DNA of 60,923 nucleotides, the filler included, from Jimgerdemannia flammicorona (Eukaryota): NCBI GenBank assembly GCA_003990765.1. It is 2 parts of 2 records of this genome, joined end to end, with 100 filler letters (N's around TTAATTAATTAA, not from the genome) between each part and the next. Parts side by side here need not be neighbours in the genome. Positions count along the whole stretch, not along the records: positions 30,529 to 60,923 come from RBNJ01000445.1; 1 more part is not named here. One strand, written 5' to 3'. This document shows positions 51,528-60,923 of the stretch, one piece after another. The notes below the pieces were generated by a model that worked only from the letters and a program-made list of their open reading frames with translations, searched no databases and was not told the DNA's origin. Made by a program: the position numbers and the translations under genes. The first letter of the stretch is position 1; every line of letters begins with the position of its first letter.

Positions 51528-51991
51528 TATAACAGTTCCAGTTTCTTTAAGAGGAAGTGGCTAAATCTGGAAGTTCTGGTTGGTCTAAAGTAGCTCAAAG
51601 AGATACTTGAAGGTTCAAGTGTTCTTGAAGGATTTCTGGAAGAAAATATTCTGAGCTTTATTTAGGCAGAGAACAAGGATATTTATATATAATCTAAAAG
51701 AAAGATCTAGAAGGATCTTGGAAAGAAAGAGAAATGCCAAGAAATAGGTTCTTAGCAAGCTGACTAATACTATTCTACAATGTTCTGAAAGGTTCCATAA
51801 CTAGCTGAGATAAGATACTTGGCACCAAGGAAAGACAAAAATGTTCTAGTAGTATCTGGGTGCTGAGAGAGGATTTCTAAGCAAGTAGAAGGTACTGGAA
51901 TATAGTAGAATATTTAAGAAATGATAAGAAAAAACTGACTAAAAGATGCAAAAAATATACTAAGACTAAATATGACTGTGAAATTGTTACA
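51528..51991. mobile_element. Solo LTR (464 bp) of another family, inserted in the element C integrase
   Basis: Termini T(A)TAACAGTTCC...GAAATTGTTACA; 5-bp TSD TACTA (51523-51527, 51992-51996); removing it restores the host frame VNPTN(W)DLCL. Confidence 0.9.
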
Positions 51992-52436
51992 TACTAACTG
52001 AGACCTCTGCTTATCTGAAATTCTATAGAAAATTCAAAACTCCCTTATAATCTCTATTAAACAAAAGTTATTTAAGATAATGTTTACTAAAAAAAACTAG
52101 AACTACTGACTATGAGAACCTCAGAGAACTCCTCAAAAAGGCAGAACAATTGCAAAATCAAGCTTGAGTTTAGTTAATCAAGACTCAGAATAAGTAGAAA
52201 AAGTACTATAATAAAAAACAGAAGAATTAGAAGATTAAATTGAAAATTAAGTCCTTATTTGGAGAAGCAGAATCAAATCTAACTTTATTACCAAATTAGA
52301 GTCTAAATGGAAAGAATCTTATCTTATATATAATATTAAAGAAACTAGTATCTATATAAGAAGTATAAATAAATATATATATCTTAAAAACCCCAGTCTA
52401 TATCATCTATCTTAAGATATATCTCTTCTCAATATA

Positions 52437-52950
52437 ATGAACCAGAAGATTGACCAGTATCTTCAGACTCTTGTTCTTAGTTTCCTCTAAGCTCTGCCAG
52501 TTCCTCTATTTCAGTTCTGTGAAGTCTAAGAAATCTATCTCCAATAGATCTAAATATACCAGAAGAACCTCACTTTAATACATATAACAGTTGCTTCAGA
52601 CTCACTAACTACAGGTCTACTATATTATTAGACTATAACTGAAGCTTCAGAACAAGTATATATCAAAAATACTACAGGTCTCTTCTGAAGGAATATTCTA
52701 GTATCTGATAGACTCTATACTATATATACAAGCAAAACCCCTCAGCCCTTATCTAAGCTAAGTTTAGTCTGATTGATATATATATAATAGACAAATCTAG
52801 CTATCTACCAGAGGATCATCAATCAAGTTGAAATTCTGTTCTTTGAAGAAAAAAAAGAATTCTTAGAATAGAGTAATCTAGATATAGAAGAAGATGATAG
52901 TATAGGCATAGATACTAAAGATACTTATAGATACTAAAATAATAACTAAA
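52437..52950 (+). pseudogene. Family C accessory ORF3 between integrase and the 3' LTR
   Basis: MNQKIDQYLQTLVLSFLxALPVPLFQF...GLLYY...VSDRLYT...PSALI...acidic tail DIEEDD. Confidence 0.55.
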
Positions 52951-53741
52951 GAACAGTCTGAGGACAGACTATCCTTTAGTGAGAGCTGATATACAAAATA
53001 CCTAGTATAGTTATTCTATATAGTTATCCTCATATACTACTTATTATATAAATAGTCTAATTACTAAATTAGGACAAAATCCATTTTTACCAGGAATACT
53101 TATACTACTAAGATATATCTGTACCTGATAGGTACATCTGTTTCCTAAAGGAACACCTTTCTAAACTAGCATTACTATATATTTTATAATTATTCAGATA
53201 GTAACTATACTAGTATCATAGAAATTTTTGATAATAGTGTTACAAATTGTTAAATCTGGAAGATTAAAACTGACCATACTTCCCCAGCATGAAATATAGA
53301 TGCATATGAGCAAAGCAGACCACAAAAAATGAATCATGAAACAGCAGGCTCTAGGAAAATTATGCTGCAACCTTAACATTTATAACCACCAAACCCCATC
53401 ATCCTAACTTATCCACCACCCATAAATAAATGAACAACTGAGGTGCCACCTCTCTTGCCACCTTTGTGCCATGGTCTTGATATATCTTATTATAATTGGA
53501 ATCCATAGTCATGTAAGAATTCTACCACCAGCTTGATGAACACTGTTGGAACTCAGAGAAATGGTTGCTTAGCATCTTATGCATTACTGCCTCAAACAAA
53601 TATTATGCTGTTAGGGCCAGATTTGAGATATATATAAGAAAATGGCACAATTCTGCCATGTTGTATAAAGCAAAAGGTCATACATGGCCTTGATAATTTT
53701 GGGCATGGAAAGATATATATATCAAAATGTACCACTTAAAT

Positions 53742-54597
53742 TATAACTCAGATAACATGAATACATAGCATAGTAACCAAACACAGTAACTATTGCTGTG
53801 GAAAACTGTATAAATAGCCAGACTACCAGATAAGGTATATCTATATAGAACTTATATACCTGTGCCAGACCTATACATTTATGCTGGATCTACACAACTT
53901 GCCATAAGTAGCAAATCTATAGTTAGCTATATAGCAACCAGATAGCAACCACAATGTATAAAATATCTCAGAGATAAGAGTGAATAAACCTCAGTCTAAA
54001 TTGAATCCAAAGTAAAAGTCAAGTCTGCCTACTATACTTTGAGAGGAACTTTACAGCCACTGCTAGGAGATTGTGAGCAAAGCATTTCTTTCTACTTTAG
54101 TCCACTTTCTGATACAAAGAGTTTGTTATATTTTTGATTTACTTACCAGATAAGCCTGAAGAACTTTACCACCTTTTGAGAAATCCACTGCTTAAGGAAT
54201 AAGCCACTATGTTTTGGTTTGCTTACCAGATAAGCCTGAAGATTTGCTGCCCAAGTTCAAGAAAGAACTTTGCCACTATTTTCAAGTTATCTATATTCTC
54301 AGAAAACCTGATCCTTATCACCAAGCCAGTCTATCTGATGCAACTTCACAGTGGAGTCAGTCTATGATGTAACTCCACACAAACAAAGCCAGTCTTTGAC
54401 ATAACTTGTCAAGAATCTGAGTTATTAGTTTGTTCCAAATAAGCCTGATTCAGGAAGAATCTGTCATCAGTATTATTCTTAGTAAGCTGCCAATTTAGAA
54501 AGAATCCATGCCATCCTCTATTCTCACCTGGTATAGAAGAATCTGCAATATTTAAGAAGTCTACCAATTTAAGAGAATCTGCACCCAAATCAAGTTA

Positions 54598-54638
<41 letters not shown>

Positions 54639-55127
54639 GACTCAAAGTCTCACAGATTTTTATTAAAAGAGAACCTAGACTATATAGGCCAAAACCCTCC
54701 CCCACTACTCATCAAGTACTGCCTCTTTATTAACCTAGACTAATTATTGTCCAGTAGCTCAACTATATTAGGTACAGCAGGGCCTATGTTGGCCTGTACC
54801 TCATTTGGCACACCATGCCCTTCCTACCACCAGGGGGAACTCAGCCATATGCTAATGACTGAAAGTGCATGCCCCCAAATTGAGTTATCTGCCAAATTGC
54901 ACCATTACTTAGAAATTACATACTTTTGGAGATTGCTATACTACACAAGAGATTGTTATATAGAAATCACATACTTTTGAAGATTGATACCCAAGAAGGA
55001 AAACTGTTAAATTGCCAGATCATTATATATAAGGAACACCTATACTACATACCCAAAATTGCCACTATACACAGAGAACTATCCCAATTAGGAAATCAAC
55101 ATATAAATCACTCACATGAGTCAATAC
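53742..55127 (+). mobile_element. Element D: 5' LTR (~53742-53953) and leader of a family C relative, interrupted by a SINE-like copy and by LINE L3
   Basis: 53956-54048 aligns with 37070-37165; shares the CTTACCAGATAAGCC leader repeats. Confidence 0.6.
54601..54873 (-). mobile_element. 5'-truncated copy of the non-autonomous poly(A) retroposon
   Basis: Poly(T) at 54601-54633; 3' end matches 9330-9406; 17-bp TSD CCCAAAT(CA/TG)AGTTATCT at 54584-54600 and 54874-54890. Confidence 0.85.
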
Positions 55128-55210
55128 ATATCTTTCTCCAGTAACATTCAGGTTATACAACCCTTTGGTAACACTTTCGACACAGTTTCTGGAGAAAAGC
55201 TACTAGTATC

Positions 55211-57140
55211 ATGGCAACCAATGAGCATCCGGAGGTGCATACTGGGCAGGGTGGCCCTGGAGCATTTGAATGGCAGCAAGTGGGGAGAGGCCCCGGCTTG
55301 GGGGGAAGTATGAGGGGCCTGCTGGCGGGGGGCCACAGTGGAGGAGGGGGTGGAGCTAGCAGTCAAGGGGCTGGCAGGGTGAGCTTTGTGGAGAAGGTGA
55401 AGGGGGGTTGGTAGGGAGCTAGACTGGAGAGCTGGCTGAGAGGGGGGAAGGTACCAGTGGCGGCTACCAGGCAGCAACCTCTTGGGGGTACCTCTCTAGC
55501 AGGCCATAGGAGGAGCTGGGGGGGTAGCAGCTGGGGCGGAGACTGCTGATGGGGGTGTGACGGGTGATCTGGAAAAAAATCTAGATGGGACTGCTGATGG
55601 TGAGCCAAGCAGTGGGAAGGGCACGAGGCCCAGGGACCTGGCGGATGGTATAACAGGACTGGCAGTGGCTCCATTACTCAAGAAGTCGATCTTGGCATTC
55701 GCAGTCATGTTGTGCTTCCGGGGCTTAGTGGTGATGGCAAAAATGGTGTTGGGGCTTATCACTAAGCAGGTGGCGGGAGCGGCTTCGGTGAAGTTTCTGA
55801 AGGGACTGGAGGGGGTGGAGGTGGGATTTGAGGAGGTTGAACCACTGGAGGAGGCACTGAAGGTTGGGTTGGTGGTTGGGGAGGTGTGTGTTCTAATGGC
55901 AAGGTGTTTGAAATGGGATCCGAGGGTGGTCCAACTGCTGGTGAAAGGAGTACCCATGGTGACGGTGATGGAGACGAGGAAGAGAGTGGAGGATATTATG
56001 GCGGAGTACGGAGAGGTGGTGGATATCGGTTTCAGGGTCTGGGAAGGGACCACGCTCAGGACTGGGGATGTGGATGTGAAGATTCGGCTGGTGAGGAAAG
56101 AGGCTACTGGGAAGACGAGGGACTGGCCTTCGGTGTTGGTCTGGGGAGCCTTCCTGTGCAAGGTGACATAGGTGAAAGGAAGTGAAGAAGAGGAGGAAGA
56201 TTTATTGGAAGTGCTGGAGGAGCTGGATGGGGCTGTGGAACAGCGAGCTAAGATCTGGAAGACTTTCGAGGAGTCAACACTCCTGGAGGTGGTGGATGGA
56301 AAGAGGATTCGAGTGGACAAGGTGTAGTGGGAAAGGGCTCAGGGGCAGAAGAGGCAGAAGGATCTGCTGGCTAAGCTGGGGGGTGGACCACAGAAGGATG
56401 CAAGCATGAAGACAGGTGCAGAAGGGGCCGGGGTGAGTGTCTGGGCTGGTGAGAGGAATGGGAATGATGGGGCAAAGTCAGGGAAGGCTAAGGAGGCGAA
56501 GATTAGCAACCTATATGCTGACAGCATCTTGGAGGTTTGGGATGTCAACTGGGAGAATTCCCCCACCCCTTCCCCTCTTATCAGGCGTGGCCTGGCTTCC
56601 AGGAACAAGTCTGGGGAGGACATGACAATGCTGGGGACCCAGCAGGTGAAATTTAGCATTCCGGAGATATTGGATGGAGGGAGGCCGGCGACCCCTGGTG
56701 GAAAGGAGGTGGGGAACCTACTTTGGATGTACTGGATGATGAATAATCTGGCGGCAGAAGAGCTGGGGGAGGTGGACTTGTGTGGGATGAGTGACAAGTA
56801 CTGGACGAGAATCTTGTAGGGGGAAGGAGTGGCGATAATGCTGAAGGCAGAAATTCTCATGGTATATCTGGAGGAGGAAGGGTATGAGGTGGATAAGGAG
56901 AGGGAGGCAGAGTTGGCAGTGGTCACTGGGGAGAAGGCTGAGTACTGTTGGAACAGGCAGCATGGGTTGCAGCTTTGGCAGGAGGCTTGCATCAAGTACC
57001 GAGAGGAGTTTGAGGAGAAGGCTGATGAGGAGATAAATGAGCTGTTGGCTGGACTGGAGGCTCAGAGGGCTGAAGAGGAGGAGGTGATGGCTGAACATAA
57101 TCTGGACACGGTGCAGGAGGAGAGGGGCATGGAGCAGTAG
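55211..57140 (+). pseudogene. LINE ORF1 (disrupted)
   Basis: ORF pieces 55211..55414, 55557..56171, 56406..56819 and 56829..57140, colinear with L2 ORF1. Confidence 0.85.
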
Positions 57141-57170
57141 GGATTGACTGAGAACAAACCATATTTTACT

Positions 57171-60100
57171 ATGAACAGTACAACCAATATTTTTTCTTTG
57201 AATGTGAATGGGCTGAGGGGCACGGTTCAATGCAGGAACATTTTTATTTGGTTGAAGGGATTGGAGGCTGATCTCTTCCTCTTGCAGGATGTCAGGTGTA
57301 AGGATGATGCTGATAGGATGGAATGGACTAAGGAATGAGGCAGTATGGCAACTTGAAACAGCAAGGTCGGGATTCTGGTTCAGAAAGGCAGAGGGGAGAT
57401 AAAGGATGTGAGGAGCTGGGGGGAGAGACTGGTCTGGGGTGAGTGGATTCATGCAGATTGGGAGCCGGTCACTGTTGGCTTCTGTTACTGCCCTGCTATG
57501 TGGGGGGAGTGTGTGGATTGGGTGAAAGGGCTCCTAGAGAGTGGGATCTTGCTGAAGCTGGGTTGGATATGCTTGGAGGAGATTTCAATATGGTTTGGGA
57601 TGTACAGCTGGATAGAACTGATGGAGGATGGGGTGTGGAGAGCAGGAGTGGGGGGTTAGCAATGTGGGAGGAGGTTGAAAGGCTAGGAGCACTGGTGGAT
57701 GCTGGTAGGGAGCACTGGGGGGACAGGAGGGTATATACGTATTGGGCTAGAGGTCTGGAGATGAGGATTGACTGGATTCTGATGGCCAACTATTGGGGTC
57801 GTGATGTTTGGAAGGTGATAGAGGTAAAATGGTATCTGTGGTCAGATCACTGAGGCCTCTTGGGACAGGGGTGTTTTGGGGGAAGTAGAGATGGGCCTGG
57901 ACATTAGTGCCTAAATTCCTCCTTGTTGGATGATGAGGCCCAGTGGGAGGAGTGGGTGAAAGACATTCAGCTGAAGGTGGCGAATTGGTGGCAGGAAGGG
58001 ACCACGATTGGAGTTCGGTGGATGAGGATGAAAGAGATGGCCAGGATATATTGGAGCAAGGCTGGCAGAGTGGCTGGGAAGCAGCGAAGGCAGAAAGTGC
58101 ATTGGGCTTCTACTAGATTGACTAGGCTCCTGGAGGAGTGGGTGAGACTGGTGGCAGTGGAGGGAGAAGAGGATTGGAGAATAATGAGGGTAAGGATGGA
58201 GGTTGGGGAACTGCAACAGGTGCTGCAGGAAGAGGAAGAGTCAAGGGTGCAAGACCTGGTGGCGCGGCTTTGTTGGCAGGGGCTGGAGGAAGGGGAGAGG
58301 CCTTCCAAGTTTCTCACAAGGACACTTTGAGCAAGAAGGGTACAGCAGCAGTGGGAAGGGGTACTTGGCTCAGATGATGTACTAGTACATGGAGTACAGG
58401 ACATCCTTGGAATGCTGAAGGTGTGATGGAGTGAATTGTGGAGTGAGGAGGAGGGTGGGGCAGATGCTACAGCCATTGACCAAACATTAGAAGATTGGCA
58501 CCCACTACAAGCTGAGGGACTAGGTGACCTGGTGATGCCTGTAAAGGAGGATGAGATCTACCAGGTTCTTGTCGCGACATCCTTGGGTACGGTGCCTGGG
58601 GAGGATGGCCTCCCCTGGGACTTCTGGAAGTGAATGGTTGGAGTCCTGGGCATATTAGGGGAGTTGACAGACTGTGTGACTCTATATTGCAGTCAGGGAG
58701 ATGGGTGGGGAAGCAAGACCTTGGACTGGTGATGCTGCTTTATAAGAACAAGGAAAGGCAAGAGAATTGGAAGAACTGGCGGCTGATAATGTTACTAGAT
58801 ATGGACAGGAAGTTGGTAACTAAGGTGGTGGTCACAAGGCTACAGAAGGTAGCCCAGCAAATTGTAGGTATTGAGCAGAGGGGTTTCATAGGAGGTCAGC
58901 TTATTAGAGATGGCATGGCCTGGGTACATGGAGTTATTGAAGGTGCTCGAGCCTGTAGACTAGATGGGCATCTTGTCTTCTTGGATCAGGAGAAGGCTTA
59001 TGACCAGGTGTGGTGAGTCTGGCTGGCAAAAGTATTAGATAGAATTGGAGTTCCAGGCCCATTGCGGTCGGCAATGGTCAGCCTACTGGAAAGGAGTAGG
59101 GCTGTGCTCGTGTGCAATGGGCATCGAGGGGTGGCTTTCCCTCTGGGTAGGGGAGTGCCCCAGGGGGACCCACTGTTCCCCATTTTGTATGCTCTTTCCT
59201 TGGAACCTCTAATGGATAGGATTCGGTGGAAGATCGTGGGACTCTCTATCTATGGTGTTGGCTGGAAGGTTGGGGCCTTTGCAGATGACATGGTGGTTGG
59301 TTTAGGAGTGACTACGGATGTCGAGGAGCTCCAGAAGACAGTGGAGTGGTATGAGGAGAACTCTGGGGCGAAGCTGAATTGGCACAAGTACGAAACAATA
59401 GTGCTGGGCAATGGCTTGGTGGGTGGAGAAGTTATTGAAACAATTGTCCCCACTGGAGAGGCAGTGTGGTACTTGGACATCTATTTGTCAGTCTATGGGT
59501 CTGTTTTGCCCAGGCTGTAGTGGGAGCAGAGGATTGGAATTTGGGAGGAGGACCTGCAGGGTTGGGGGGGTAGACACTTCTCTCTGGCAGGAAGGATCTT
59601 GATTTTGAATGTATACTGGCTGCCGAAGCTATGGTATTTGGCCTATCATCTGGACTTCCCAGCCTGAGTAGTGAAGAGATTGGTGAAGGTGGCCAAGGGA
59701 TGGATTTGGGCTGGCAGGCGGAGTCAGATTGATTGGGAGACTTTGTCCCTACCAGTGGTGAGAGGTGGTCTGGGACTGGTGGACTTCCCCAAAAGACTAC
59801 ACTGCTTGAGGACTTGGTGGCTGAGGAGGGCAGTGGAGTTGCATGGAGGGGGCTGGGTCCCCTTGCTGCAGAAGATATGGGAGAGGCGGACATCACCTAG
59901 AGGCTTGACTGGTGATCTTCTTTCATTAGTTGGGCTTCAGAACACTGCACAACTGAGATATAAAGGCTTCTGGTGGGGGATAGCCAAGGGGGCACACCGC
60001 ATTGGTATTCGCTGGCAAGGGGATGAGGGGGAGAGGGCCTGGGACCCAGCAATGTGGAGATGGGATAGCATTCTTCTGAGAGGCATGCCTTTACTGGAGT

Positions 60101-60825
60101 TCAACATTAGTGATGGCATCGAATGCCAAAGGGGTCCAGGCCAGGATCTGTGGCCTAGTTGTTGGCAAGGAGTTGGAATTGGTGAGGAGTGGGACTGGCA
60201 TGGGGTTTGGACCTGGAGTGCCACAGTGAAAAATTGGATGCCGCCGAAGTACTGGGTAGTCTGGTGGTATATGCTGAGGAGGAATGTGATGCTTAACTTC
60301 CGCTCAGGACACCTTGTTGTAGGGGGCTGCTTTGACTATGAGGAGTGCCATAATGTAGAGCAGGAAGGGGGATTGGTACAGACGCTGGAATATTGGCTAG
60401 GGGAGTGTGAGGTGTTGGGAGACTTTTGGCAGGCTGTTGGGGACTGCTTGGGGGTAAGGCGTAGGGGTGACGATGTACGGGGGAGGTGGGAGGACCTGAG
60501 GGATCAATTGATAGGAGGGGTTGGGGAAGAGTGGCTTACTCTAGGTTGGGTGTTGGCTATTTGGGTTGGGCTGGCCAGCCACTGGCTATTTGTATTTGAG
60601 GAGGAGAAGCGACAGAGCTTGGGGAGCCGGTTAGTGAGGTGGCAGTTCCTTATGGAGGATACCTTGACAGGCTGGTGGCTTAGTTGGGGGCTACAGGGGG
60701 GTCAGAGGTGCCGCTTAGTGGTAAAAATCTGTGGTCAGAGTGGTGGGAGAGTTGGAGTTGTTGGTGAGAGGGTGGTCTTTATATGTAACAAGGTGGGGTG
60801 GGGCCCCCCGATGGGGATCGGATAG
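57171..60825 (+). pseudogene. LINE ORF2: APE endonuclease, RT, C-terminal domain (disrupted)
   Basis: MNSTTNIFSLNVNGL, GGDFN, RIDWIL..WSDH, PGEDGLP, DQEKAYD, GVPQGDPL, FADD. Confidence 0.95.
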
Positions 60826-60884
60826 TGGGTGGTGATATTGTATACTTATTCATGGACTGGTAATAAAGACGGAGTCCAAGGGAC

Positions 60885-60923
<39 letters not shown>

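Larger units (their letters stand above)
36861..53193 (+). mobile_element. Old, highly AT-shifted Gypsy family C element hosting A3 and a solo LTR
   Basis: ~205-bp LTRs at 36861-~37069 and 52987-~53193; candidate TSD TCAGA (36856-36860, 53194-53198). RT IDYRKLNS ~41100 and YIDD ~41365; RNase H FILYI/DISKDGL split by A3; integrase EYLTKWP and LISDCGIEF ~51260-51390; KLESKWK ~52295. Confidence 0.85.
55128..60923 (+). mobile_element. Near-full-length L1/Tx1-type LINE (copy L3) ending in poly(A)
   Basis: 5' end ATCTTTCTCCAG, ORF1, ORF2, AATAAA at 60862, poly(A) from ~60888. Confidence 0.97.

Overview
Eukaryotic, most likely fungal, transposon-rich DNA with heavy C>T/G>A decay. It consists of two pieces joined by an artificial N/TTAATTAATTAA/N spacer at ~30.4-30.5 kb. 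Positions 1-2994 form a CpG-rich island holding a 5-exon minus-strand gene (2596->535) that the ORF track misses. Its spliced product looks like a TET/JBP-family 2OG-Fe(II) dioxygenase (HxD...H) with one in-frame TAG. The island ends in a transposon-like terminus abutting an LTR. The rest is a nest of decayed Ty3/Gypsy elements. Family A has 3 copies (1.5-kb LTRs, 4-bp TSD, PR-Zn module-dUTPase-RT-RH-IN-ORF3). Family B is chromovirus-like with 3 pieces (NC-dUTPase-Zn module-PR, internally deleted). There is also family C, its relative D, and a solo LTR. An L1/Tx1-type LINE is present as two near-full-length copies and one 5'-truncated copy, along with a ~1.2-kb non-autonomous poly(A) retroposon sharing the LINE's termini. 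Highlights: the hidden TET/JBP-like gene; a homologous accessory ORF3 in three Gypsy lineages, running into the LTR in A and B; and a C-P-H...CxxC module accompanying dUTPase at two different polyprotein positions. All alignments were made by eye and no database searches were run.
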